DNA from: Gemmatimonadaceae bacterium
GTDB taxonomy: Bacteria > Gemmatimonadota > Gemmatimonadetes > Gemmatimonadales > Gemmatimonadaceae
Reading direction: 5' to 3'
Assembly (NCBI GenBank): GCA_035687925.1
Contig: DASSNR010000034.1
Location: 1 to 41,287, forward strand
DNA: 41,287 nt
Positions 26,274 through 35,133 of this stretch are shown piece after piece. The notes beneath the pieces are model-generated. The model worked only from the letters and a program-made list of their open reading frames with translations, did no database searches and was not told the DNA's origin. Within the stretch, counting starts at the first letter, position 1. Each line of letters opens with the position of its first letter. The position numbers were made by a program, and so were the translations under genes.

Positions 26274-27383
26274 GTGAGTGTCGTGCGGATCGGTGTCATG
26301 CTCCGCTCAATCGATGAGGACAAGGGAACGGGCATCTACTCACGCAACCTGATTCCCCGTCTCCTCGAGGTCGATCACGAAACAGAGTACGTCCTCATGT
26401 ACCGGTCACCGCGCTTCGTCGGACACTTCGCATCCTACCCGAACGTCACCGAGATCCATCTGAACCTGCCGACGAAGCCGCTCTGGGATCAGGTCGGTGT
26501 CCCCTGGCTGGCGCGGCGATACGGGCTCGATCTGATCTTCAACACGAAGGCGACGGTGCCGCTGAGCACCACCACGCGCACGGTCATGATGCTGCATGGG
26601 TCGATGCCGTTCGTGCACCCCGAGTTCTTCCATCCGTTGGATGTCGCCTATCTGCGGCGGATGATGCCGCTCTATCTGCGAAAGGCCACGCACGTGATCT
26701 CGAACTCGCGGCTCACGACGCACGATTTCGTCACGCTGCTCGGCGTTCCGTGCGAGAAGGTGACGACCATTCATCTCGCGGCCGACGACCAGTTCCGGCC
26801 CATCACCGACCCCGAGGCGCTCGCGCGGGTGCGCGCGAAGTACCGGCTGCCTGAGCACTTCATCCTCTCGGTGACGAAGTACTTCCCCGGGAAGAACGTC
26901 CCGACGCTCATCCGCGCGTACGCCGCGCTCCCGTCCTCACTCCGCCGCGGTCTCGTACTGATCGGACCGCGCGTCTCACGCTACCTGGACGAGATGGAGC
27001 TCCGCGGCACCGCGCTCGAGCGCGAGATCCTGACGCCGGGATGGGTGAACCAGGACGAGCTGCCGGCGGTCTACAGTCTCGCCCAGCTGTTCGCATTTCC
27101 GTCGCGCTACGAGGAGTTCGGCATCCCGAACATCGAGGCGATGTCGTGCGGATGCCCGGTGGTGAGCTCGAACACCGCAGGGATTCCGGAAGTGACGGGC
27201 GGCGCGGCGCTCCTCGTCCCGCCACTCGACGTCGAGGCGCTCACCGACGCGATGACGCGCGTGCTGAGCGACGGCGAGCTGCGATGCTCGCTGCGGCAAC
27301 GGGGGCTCGATCGTGCGCGCGACTTCGATTGGCGCACGACTGCCGTGCGGACGGCCGAGGTGTTCCAGCAGGTGGCGGCCTAG
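26274..27383 (+). CDS. Glycosyltransferase family 4
   Basis: 369 aa with SRYEEFGIPNIEAMSCGCPVVSSNTAGIPE. The start is GTG 26274 or GTG 26283, with GGAG at 26271. Confidence 0.87.
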   Translation: MSVVRIGVMLRSIDEDKGTGIYSRNLIPRLLEVDHETEYVLMYRSPRFVGHFASYPNVTEIHLNLPTKPLWDQVGVPWLARRYGLDLIFNTKATVPLSTTTRTVMMLHGSMPFVHPEFFHPLDVAYLRRMMPLYLRKATHVISNSRLTTHDFVTLLGVPCEKVTTIHLAADDQFRPITDPEALARVRAKYRLPEHFILSVTKYFPGKNVPTLIRAYAALPSSLRRGLVLIGPRVSRYLDEMELRGTALEREILTPGWVNQDELPAVYSLAQLFAFPSRYEEFGIPNIEAMSCGCPVVSSNTAGIPEVTGGAALLVPPLDVEALTDAMTRVLSDGELRCSLRQRGLDRARDFDWRTTAVRTAEVFQQVAA

Positions 27384-28543
27384 GATGTCAGCGCGGCGCC
27401 GCTGAACAGCGCCATGATACCCGCGGCGCGTACGCGGCGGGCGAGCGCGAGCGTCCTCCGCAGCGTCGAGCTGCGCGCGGCCGTGAGATACGTCTGCTCC
27501 GCGCGGATGGCGCGCACGATCGTCGTGTACGAGCGGCAGAGTCGGAGGTGCACGTTGCGTCGTTCCTCTCCACCCCAGGCGTACTTGTACTGCTCGGCGC
27601 CACGTGTGAAGTCGACCTCCGTGAACCCTTCCGCGATGCTGGCCTCGATGACGTGGCCGATGAGCACGTTGCCGGCGCTGTACTCGCGATATGTGGGAGC
27701 GTGCGCGACCGTGTCGATCATGAGCGTGCGTCCGTGCACGAACCCGGACACGCACGCAGCCGGCTCGCCGTCCACGTCGAGCAGCCAGAGCCGCAGCTCG
27801 CCGCGCTTCGCCGCGTCCAGATAGAGCGCCGCCTCGAACTCGACGGCGGCGTCATCCGCAAAGCGCGTCGTGTCGACGGACCCGGCCCATCGCTCGCGAT
27901 AGATGCGCACCATGTCGCGGAAGCCCTGCTGCACATCGTGCGGCGCGCGGCAGTCGCGAAATGCCGCCGTGCAGCGGCGCGCCAGATTCCGCCGGTCGTA
28001 CCGCACGTGCCGCTGGTTCCGCGCACTGAGCGAGCGCAGGAAGGTGCGCCAATCCGCCGGCAAGCGGCAGGCGACACAGACACTGCATCGATCCGTCACG
28101 CAGAACCATGCCTGCCGTCCGGCCTCGCGCTCGACCCACGGGATGTTGGCCGAGCTCTCCGGCACATCTCGCAGGTCGACGAGCACGAGCGGCTGGTCGG
28201 CCCGCTGCAGCGCGTGGAAGAGCTCGCGAAAGAAGACCGCTTCGGCGCCGTCGCGCACGAGAAAATCCAGATAGTCGGCGCGCTTGGTGCCGATGAATGC
28301 GAGATGCGGCAACGGCCAGCCGTAGTACCGCTTGCGGACAAAGAATGGCGCGAACCCCAGCGCTCGACCCGCGTCGTCATCCACCTGGATGATGTGCAGC
28401 CTGCCCGCACCCGCATACGCCCACCACCCGCTCAGCCACTCGTAGCGTTGAAAGGGCGTATGATGTCCGCTTGTGTAGATCTCCTCCCACGCCGTCCGCT
28501 CCGCCTCCCACTCCCCGACGGTTCGGATCACCCTGGTCGGCAT
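27380..28543 (-). CDS. GNAT-fold acyl/aminoacyl-transferase of the FemAB / CelD (BcsL) -like family
   Basis: TPFQRYEWLSGWW near the N-terminus and VDFTRGAEQYKYAWG near the C-terminus, which is the CelD/Acetyltransf_6-like pattern. I place the start at MPTRVIR (complement of 28541-28543), which avoids overlap with wzx. Confidence 0.72.
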   Translation of the reverse strand: MPTRVIRTVGEWEAERTAWEEIYTSGHHTPFQRYEWLSGWWAYAGAGRLHIIQVDDDAGRALGFAPFFVRKRYYGWPLPHLAFIGTKRADYLDFLVRDGAEAVFFRELFHALQRADQPLVLVDLRDVPESSANIPWVEREAGRQAWFCVTDRCSVCVACRLPADWRTFLRSLSARNQRHVRYDRRNLARRCTAAFRDCRAPHDVQQGFRDMVRIYRERWAGSVDTTRFADDAAVEFEAALYLDAAKRGELRLWLLDVDGEPAACVSGFVHGRTLMIDTVAHAPTYREYSAGNVLIGHVIEASIAEGFTEVDFTRGAEQYKYAWGGEERRNVHLRLCRSYTTIVRAIRAEQTYLTAARSSTLRRTLALARRVRAAGIMALFSGAALTS

Positions 28544-28547
28544 TCGA

Positions 28548-30041
28548 TCAACTCTCGTCCGGTGCAACGTGAATCGGTTGGCCGCTCATTCCATGCCGCA
28601 GTCGCGCCGCGAGCCCCGACACCCACGCGACGCCGAGGAAGATCGCGAGGCTCGTGCATGCCACGAGCCACTCCGCCCAGCCGAGCCATACCGTGACTGT
28701 GCCGGCGAGCACCGCGCACACGAGCGGCACGAGGAAGACGGTCAGCACTTCCGTCAGCGGCGCGCCCGGCAGCCGCGTGCGCGCGGCGCGGATGTAGAGC
28801 ACGTCCACCACGGCGAGCGCGATGGCCGTCGCCGCGATCGCGCCCGGGATGCCGAGCGTGGGGATGAGCAGCAGGTCGAGCGCGATGTTCAGCACGGTCG
28901 CCACCACCTGCAGCTTGAACTTGATGACCTGCAGATGGATAGCGAGCAGGAGCCGCGTGAGTGCCGCCTCGAGGGCGGTGAGCACGACGAGCACCGCCAT
29001 GAGTCGAGTGACCGGCGCCGCCGAAACGAACTGATCGCCGAGGAGCGGGACGAGCACCGACGGGACGATGAATATCAACCCCCACGCGATGAGGCTGCTG
29101 ATCGTGAGGAACGCGAGCACGAGTCGCCCCGCGGCCGCGGGGAGCGTGGACTCGCGCTGCTGGAACGACTGGCTGAGCGCGGGATAGGCGGCGAATCCCA
29201 GGAAGAAGAGCGGGAGTACGCTCACCTCGAAGAACTTGAGCGCGGTGGCGTAGATCCCCGCCATCGCGTCGCCGCGCAGCCACGTGAGTATCACCAGGTC
29301 GGCGCGCGTGTAGAGCAGGAACACGAGATCGCTCGCGCCGAACGGCCACGCGACGCGCAGCATGCGCGCGATCTCGTTCCACGATGTCCGCATGCGCGGC
29401 ACGCCCACCTGCCGGATCCCCGCGCTCGTCGCCATCACCAGCAGCGCCACCGCGCCAATGGGGTAGCCGACGAGCGAGAGCACGAGCGAGGCGTGGAAGG
29501 CGATGACCAGCACGAGCGTCACCAACATGCCCGCCACTCGGCAGCCGACTTCCATGAGTGCCGGCCGCGCCATTGCTTGCACGGCGTACGCCGGGATGAA
29601 GAACGTGCGCGCGACGGCGAGCAGTGCCTGCTGCGCGCTGAGCAGGAGCACGATGCCCACGTCGGACGAGGATGCGTGGGTCAGGACGAGGAACGTGGCG
29701 AGCCCGGCCGCGACCAGCACCATGAGCGCGAACTGGCTCGCGAGCAGCTTCCCCAGCAATCGCGCCGGCTCGCGCGCCGCGCCGCGCGCGAACTCGCGCA
29801 CGCCGAACTCGTCGAGCCCGATCGAGACGAAGATCGCGGCGAACGATGCGATCGCGAACCCGTACGCGAACTGTCCGATCCCCGCCGGCCCGAAGTAGCG
29901 CGACAGCACGATGAAGAGCCCGAACGACACGCCATCGCCGATGAGCCGGCCGATCGTCAGCCACCCCGCGTTGCGCAGGATGACGAGCGGCGATCGATGG
30001 TGGGGCTTCGACGCCGCTGGCGGAAGCGGGATCGTGGTCAT
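28548..30041 (-). CDS. wzx: Oligosaccharide/polysaccharide flippase (Wzx, MOP superfamily)
   Basis: 497 aa with about 12-14 hydrophobic spans. The N-terminal ILRNAGWLTIGRLIGDGVSFGLFIVLSRYFGPAGIGQFAY is typical of polysaccharide biosynthesis (Polysacc_synt) proteins. Confidence 0.85.
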   Translation of the reverse strand: MTTIPLPPAASKPHHRSPLVILRNAGWLTIGRLIGDGVSFGLFIVLSRYFGPAGIGQFAYGFAIASFAAIFVSIGLDEFGVREFARGAAREPARLLGKLLASQFALMVLVAAGLATFLVLTHASSSDVGIVLLLSAQQALLAVARTFFIPAYAVQAMARPALMEVGCRVAGMLVTLVLVIAFHASLVLSLVGYPIGAVALLVMATSAGIRQVGVPRMRTSWNEIARMLRVAWPFGASDLVFLLYTRADLVILTWLRGDAMAGIYATALKFFEVSVLPLFFLGFAAYPALSQSFQQRESTLPAAAGRLVLAFLTISSLIAWGLIFIVPSVLVPLLGDQFVSAAPVTRLMAVLVVLTALEAALTRLLLAIHLQVIKFKLQVVATVLNIALDLLLIPTLGIPGAIAATAIALAVVDVLYIRAARTRLPGAPLTEVLTVFLVPLVCAVLAGTVTVWLGWAEWLVACTSLAIFLGVAWVSGLAARLRHGMSGQPIHVAPDES

Positions 30042-31225
30042 GGGATCGACGGCGAGCGCGACGCCTGCCGCTCGATGCCGAACGCCCGCGCATACACGGC
30101 GTCGAGCCGCTCGTTGATGATCTCGGTGCTGAACGTGTCGATCGCGCGCTGCCGCGCGGCGCGTCCCATCCGCTCGGCGAGGCCACGATCGCGCAGCACC
30201 GTCAGCATCCGCTCGGCCATCGCGCTCGAGTCGCCGACCGGGGTGAGAAAGCCGGTCTCACCCGGGACCACGTGGTCCGCGGGTCCGCCGCACGCGGTCG
30301 AGACGACGGGGAGCCCGCACGCCATCGCCTCGAGCACCACCGTGGGGAGCCCCTCGTGATGCGACGCCAGCGCAAAGAGCGACGCGCCCGCGTACTCGGC
30401 GATGAGCCGCTCGTCGCGCAGCGCGCCGCGAAAGACTACGCGCCGCTCGAGTCCGAGCTCGTGCGTCAATTGCTCGAGTCCCGCGCGGTCCGGCCCGTCC
30501 CCCGCGATGTGGAGCTCGATCTCGTCGTCCCGCGCCGCCACCCGCTGGAACGCGCGGAGGAGCGTCGGGAATCCCTTGCCGCGCATGAGCCGCGAGACGC
30601 TCACCACGTAGCGCGGCCGAGCGATGGTCGCGGCGGGACGAAAGCGCTCGGTGTCGATCGGATTCGGGAGCACATCGAGCGTGTCCGGTCCGACGCCGAG
30701 GTAACGCTCGATGTTGCGCGCGGAGTAGCGGCTGTCGACCAGCACGGTGATCGCGTGCTGGCCGCACGTGGACTCCTGCCGGTCATACAGATGCAGCGTG
30801 AGCGGGTTGTACAGGTAGTAGTGACGCAGCTTCCTGCGCGGCATGACTTCGACCTCCGCTCGCAACGGACCAGCGATCCACGCCACGAACGGGAGCGCGC
30901 GCCGCACGAACGGCAGCGCATGACCCAACGGACCGCTGACCAGCTGGTAGGCATCGTACCCTCCCGCCAGCCGGCACCGCTCGCGGAAGATCTGCGCACG
31001 CACGAAGTGTGGCACCGCCTCGAAGACGGGGACGGGGTAGACATCGGCGACCGAGCTGATCTGTCGCAGGCGAGCGATGACGTCCGGCGTCGATGGACGC
31101 TCGGCCGGATAATAGACGTCGCAGGCATGACCGCGCGATGCAGCGAATCGCAGAAAGCCCGTCAGCTTGGCGAGAACGCCGCCTCCCAGGCGAATGTCCT
31201 GGGTGATCACGCAGATCCGCGCCAT
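30038..31225 (-). CDS. Glycosyltransferase family 4
   Basis: MARICVITQDIRLGGGVLAKL and SHHEGLPTVVLEAMACGLPVVSTACGGPAD. The start is an internal ATG (complement of 31223-31225) overlapping the upstream TAA (TAATG). There is an ATGA overlap with the wzx start. Confidence 0.87.
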   Translation of the reverse strand: MARICVITQDIRLGGGVLAKLTGFLRFAASRGHACDVYYPAERPSTPDVIARLRQISSVADVYPVPVFEAVPHFVRAQIFRERCRLAGGYDAYQLVSGPLGHALPFVRRALPFVAWIAGPLRAEVEVMPRRKLRHYYLYNPLTLHLYDRQESTCGQHAITVLVDSRYSARNIERYLGVGPDTLDVLPNPIDTERFRPAATIARPRYVVSVSRLMRGKGFPTLLRAFQRVAARDDEIELHIAGDGPDRAGLEQLTHELGLERRVVFRGALRDERLIAEYAGASLFALASHHEGLPTVVLEAMACGLPVVSTACGGPADHVVPGETGFLTPVGDSSAMAERMLTVLRDRGLAERMGRAARQRAIDTFSTEIINERLDAVYARAFGIERQASRSPSIP

Positions 31226-33012
31226 TACGGGGTCGAGGCAGCGGTGGGCGTTCGGGTGCGCGACTGTCGATGCATGTACGGACCGAGCGCGGTGCGGACG
31301 GCCAGCTGCGGCATCAGCTTCTTCCACTTCGCGTCGATGAGCGTCATCGCACCAGCCGCCGAGATGGTGTGGATCCCGATCGCGTTGAGCCCGAGCATCG
31401 ATGGGTCGATGACGGCGGCCGGCTCCTCGCGGAACGTGCGCGGATCGAGCCGCGTCACCCGATTGATGACGACGCGATCGCCGTACCCGCGCGAGCAATC
31501 CTGCGCGGGTCGATAGAGCGCGCCCTCGTACAGGAACGGCGTTCCGGCGGGGCGCGCGGAGCGGATGTCGGTCTTCACAGGATTCCCTGCGTGCGGCTGC
31601 CACGGCCCGAGCAGATCAGGCGCATACCAGAGGAGCAGGCGCTGGTTGGGCATACGATCGTCGTCGGCGCATGCCAGCCACCACCGTCCCTCGTGCTGAA
31701 AGACGGTGGCGTCCACACCCGCGAAATCGGGAACCAGCGTGGTCACCTTCACCCACCGCCGTGGGAACGACTCGGCGCGGTAGAGCGCGATCTCGCGCGC
31801 GTGGCATGTCTCGGGGATGCAGTAGACACTGCCCTCGTGCTCGACCAGATACGGGTACGACAGGTGGACGTCGGGTCCGATGCTCACCTGCTCGTCGCGG
31901 GTCTGGCCATCGGCGCTCGCATCGAAGCTGGTGATCGTCCCCCGTTGCGTCGTGTAGTCGAAGCGCTCGCACATCACCGTGAGGCGGCCATCGCGCACGA
32001 CGGCGAACGGATCGGCCAGGAACTCGCCGTAGCGCAGCGGGCTCAACCAGCGGACGGATGGAAGCGCGTGCGGGTCGAGGAACGCGTGGATCGGCGCATC
32101 GATCACGCCGACGCGCCAGTGATCGTACTGCAGATGCTTGCGCGCGATCTGCAGGCCGCGCTGCGTCAGCGTCAGGCCGGCGAAGCGCGCGAGCTGCAGC
32201 GCATGCGGCGCGTGCGCGACGCGCGTGCCGATCGGGGTCGGCTCGGCCGTGAGGTCGTCGGCGACACCGGCCTGCAGGTCCCTGCACACCTGCGCGGGCC
32301 AGCGTGCGCTCTCGAAGTAGAGCGCGTCGACGCTCTTCGCGTACGACCAATCCACCACCTTCACGGTCCCCTTCCGGAGGATGATCCCCGCATCGTCGCG
32401 TTCCGTGAGCCGCTCGAGCATCGCGCCGACCACGGGATGCCGGTCGTAGATCTCCCACCAGCACGGCGGCTCGCGGCGATCCGTCTCGCCGTTGCTGTCG
32501 ACGAACGCCCAGATGCCGAACCGTGCGGCGCCGAGCATGTCGCCGCGCACCGGGTCGGCGCCGAAGTACAGGATGAAATCGAGATCGAAGGCGCGCACGG
32601 TGTGCACATCGTCGGCGCTGAAGAGCCCCGCTGCGCGCAGCGTGCTCGAGCTCGCGCATCGGAGTGTCGGGAGCGACGCGAGCGCGCCGATCGGCCTGGC
32701 GGGGCGCGTCGCACTGGGCGCGCCCGTGCCGTGTGCGCAGAGCCGAAAGAGTGCTCGACGCAGCGGCGAGCGTCCGATCGGATCTGGCGGAGCCGCGGCA
32801 GCGTCATCGACGATGAGGACGGCGGCCTCTACATCGCCCAGCGCGATGAGCTGACGAACGGCGTCAGCTTGCCACTCCTGCAAGAGCGTCCCGGGGCACA
32901 GGATCCCGAATCGGAGGACACGCTGCTCCGTCGCATCCGCACTCGACGTCGTGGTGCCGGGATGCCAGCTGCCCGCCCTGTCCGTACCGCCGACGATCGT
33001 ACGTTGCATCAT
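31225..33012 (-). CDS. Two-domain protein: formyltransferase-like N-domain (apparently degenerate) plus a C-terminal domain resembling the beta-propeller, GH43-like fold of bacterial proteins annotated as glucosamine-inositolphosphorylceramide-transferase family
   Basis: N-terminal half: FDLDFILYFGADPVRGDMLGAARFGIWAF and DDAGIILRKG, which follow formyl_trans_N-like spacing. C-terminal half: LSYPYLVEHEGSVYCIPE, WWLACADD and a repeated W/aromatic blade-like pattern. The function is not assignable from sequence alone. Confidence 0.55.
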   Translation of the reverse strand: MMQRTIVGGTDRAGSWHPGTTTSSADATEQRVLRFGILCPGTLLQEWQADAVRQLIALGDVEAAVLIVDDAAAAPPDPIGRSPLRRALFRLCAHGTGAPSATRPARPIGALASLPTLRCASSSTLRAAGLFSADDVHTVRAFDLDFILYFGADPVRGDMLGAARFGIWAFVDSNGETDRREPPCWWEIYDRHPVVGAMLERLTERDDAGIILRKGTVKVVDWSYAKSVDALYFESARWPAQVCRDLQAGVADDLTAEPTPIGTRVAHAPHALQLARFAGLTLTQRGLQIARKHLQYDHWRVGVIDAPIHAFLDPHALPSVRWLSPLRYGEFLADPFAVVRDGRLTVMCERFDYTTQRGTITSFDASADGQTRDEQVSIGPDVHLSYPYLVEHEGSVYCIPETCHAREIALYRAESFPRRWVKVTTLVPDFAGVDATVFQHEGRWWLACADDDRMPNQRLLLWYAPDLLGPWQPHAGNPVKTDIRSARPAGTPFLYEGALYRPAQDCSRGYGDRVVINRVTRLDPRTFREEPAAVIDPSMLGLNAIGIHTISAAGAMTLIDAKWKKLMPQLAVRTALGPYMHRQSRTRTPTAASTP

Positions 33013-33015
33013 GCA

Positions 33016-34995
33016 CTATTCCACCCCCGAGCGCTGCACCGAGTGGTCGCGGGGCGCGACACGCGTCGTGATGCGAGGCTCGGGTGCCTCGTGATGAATG
33101 GTTTGATTCAATGACTCGCCCGCGATGTGCTGGCGATACCACAGCTCGGCGTTGAGGAGGAGCCAGAGCCGGTTGCCGTGATCGGTGCGACCGGCGAGAT
33201 GGGCGGTGAGCATTGCATCGATCGTGGGCTGCCGGAAGTAGCCCGCCTCGACGAGACGCGACCGCGTGAGATATTCGCGGAAGAGGGCGCGGAACTGCGT
33301 CGCCATGAGGTACGGCAGCGCCGAGGTGAACCCCTGCTTCGGCCGGCGAACGACCTCGGCCGGGAGGTAGCGCTCGGCGAGTCGCATCTGCAGGTAGCGG
33401 CGCTGTCGGCCGTGCACCTTGAGCCGTACGGGCAACGTCGCGGCGAGCTCGGCGAAGCGATGATCGAGGAACGGCGAGCGCGCCTCGAGCCCGTGCGCCA
33501 TCGTCATCCGGTCGAGGATCATCACCGAGTGGTTGGGGAGCCGCACGATGCTGTCCGCGAGAAGCATGCGGTCCACGCTTTCCTTCACGCGCGTGTCGTC
33601 GTGCCAGAAGATCACCGATTGCTCTGCATCGAAGCTTCCGACCGATGCGCGGAACGCGTCCGTGTAGAGCGACGTGCGGCGACCGGGCGTGAAGTAGAAG
33701 TAGCTGAGACTGCGCGCGTAGCGCCGTCCGCCATCCACGTTCGCCAGCTCATCGAGCCAGCGCGCCTTGTGCGTGAGACTCTTGTACCAGAAGCCGTCGG
33801 GCGCGAGATCGACGATCCGCCGCACCACGTGCCGCCGCAGCGCCGTGGGGAGCGCGGCGTAGTAGCGCACGTACTGCGTGCCGTAGTAGCGGTCGTATCC
33901 GCCGAACAGCTCATCGCCGCCGTCGCCGCCGAGCGCGACCTTCACTTCGCGGCGCGCGACGCCGGCGAGATGATACATCGCGGCGCTCAGTGGATCCGAA
34001 GGCTCGTCCAGGTGATGCACGAGCTTGGGGAGCAGGTGCACGAGATCGCCATCGATCTGATCGGCGTGATGCTCGGTGCCGTACCGCTCGGAGACGAGCC
34101 GCGCCGCGGGTCCTTCGTCGAACGCGCCGTACGGCACGCTCACGGAGAAGGTCTTGAACGGTGCGTCCGTCACGCTGCGCATCATCGCGGTGACGAGCCC
34201 CGAGTCGATACCGCCGCTGAGGAACGCGCCCACGGGGACATCGCTCACGAGATGGAGTCGCACCGTCTCGCGCATCGTCTGGTCGAGCTCCTCGAGCGCG
34301 GCCGCTTCGGAGATGGCGCGCTTGGGCTCGTACGCCAGCTGCCAGTAGCGGCGCGTGGAGACCGCGCCGTCGCGGCACTCGAGCACGTGCGCCGCCGGGA
34401 GCTTGTGCACGCCCGCGAACATCGAGCGCGGCTCGGAGATGACGCGCAGCGTCAGATACTCGTCGAGCGCCAGCGGATCGACGACGCGCAGCTCGGGCGC
34501 GACGGCGAGAATCGCCTTGATCTCGGACGCGAAGTAGAGTCGCCGTCCGCGCTGCGCCCAGTACAGCGGCTTCTGCCCCAGATGATCGCGCGCGAGGAGG
34601 AGCGTGCGGTGCCGGCGATCCCAGATCGCGAACGCGAACATCCCGCGCAGCTCATGCACGAGCTCGGCGCCGCGCTCCTCGTACAGATGCGCAAGCACTT
34701 CGGTGTCCGAGCACGTGCGGAAGCGATGGCCGCGCTTGAGCAGCCCCTCGCGCAGCTCACGGTAATTGTAGATCTCACCGTTGAGCATGACCCACACCGA
34801 CTCGTCCTCGTTGGCGATCGGTTGCCGTCCCGTGACGAGATCGATGATCGCGAGCCGGCGAAACCCGAACCCGAGCCCCGGCTCGATGTGCGTCGTCGCA
34901 TCATCGGGTCCGCGGTGCGCGATGGTCTCCGCCATCCGCTCGACGTCCGCCGAGTGAATGTCGCTGGGATCGAGAATGCCGACGATGCCGCACAT
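33016..34995 (-). CDS. asnB: Asparagine synthase (glutamine-hydrolysing) family amidotransferase, paralog 4
   Basis: 659 aa. MCGIVGILD, HRGPDD, NGEIYNYRELR, RDHLGQKPLYW and FLSGGIDSGLVTAMM. Confidence 0.93.
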   Translation of the reverse strand: MCGIVGILDPSDIHSADVERMAETIAHRGPDDATTHIEPGLGFGFRRLAIIDLVTGRQPIANEDESVWVMLNGEIYNYRELREGLLKRGHRFRTCSDTEVLAHLYEERGAELVHELRGMFAFAIWDRRHRTLLLARDHLGQKPLYWAQRGRRLYFASEIKAILAVAPELRVVDPLALDEYLTLRVISEPRSMFAGVHKLPAAHVLECRDGAVSTRRYWQLAYEPKRAISEAAALEELDQTMRETVRLHLVSDVPVGAFLSGGIDSGLVTAMMRSVTDAPFKTFSVSVPYGAFDEGPAARLVSERYGTEHHADQIDGDLVHLLPKLVHHLDEPSDPLSAAMYHLAGVARREVKVALGGDGGDELFGGYDRYYGTQYVRYYAALPTALRRHVVRRIVDLAPDGFWYKSLTHKARWLDELANVDGGRRYARSLSYFYFTPGRRTSLYTDAFRASVGSFDAEQSVIFWHDDTRVKESVDRMLLADSIVRLPNHSVMILDRMTMAHGLEARSPFLDHRFAELAATLPVRLKVHGRQRRYLQMRLAERYLPAEVVRRPKQGFTSALPYLMATQFRALFREYLTRSRLVEAGYFRQPTIDAMLTAHLAGRTDHGNRLWLLLNAELWYRQHIAGESLNQTIHHEAPEPRITTRVAPRDHSVQRSGVE

Positions 34996-35133
34996 AGAAC
35001 GACAGTCGTCAGTCGTCAGTCGTCGGTCGTCGGTGACAGCCTCGGGCAGCTTCGGCCCGCGCTGACGACTGCTGGCTGACGACTGACGACTGAGAGCTGA
35101 CGACTGTCGTCAGAACGACTGAGCGCTGCCGAC
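34996..35133. repeat. Intercistronic heptamer-repeat / inverted-repeat element between the carbamoyltransferase stop and the asnB paralog-4 start
   Basis: The left arm has tandem AGTCGTC x3 plus GGTCGTC (35004-35031). The right arm has a 7-nt phased TGNNNNC series: TGACGAC, TGCTGGC, TGACGAC, TGACGAC, TGAGAGC, TGACGAC, TGTCGTC (35063-35111). 35003-35019 is the perfect reverse complement of 35076-35092 (17 bp). CTGACGACtGTCGTCAG at 35097-35113 is a local palindrome. AGAACGAC occurs at both 34996-35003 and 35112-35119. Confidence 0.9.

Noticed and set aside
34996-35133. Whether the heptamer repeats are a CRISPR array, or coding sequence for a repetitive peptide (ORF 35009-35467 - reads ...SVVLTTVVSSQSSVVSQQSS...).
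   Set aside because: The 7-nt repeat units have no spacers and the whole element is 138 bp, so it is not CRISPR architecture. The ORF through it is out of frame with, and overlaps, the well-supported carbamoyltransferase 3' end. It is better explained as a non-coding structured or repeat element.
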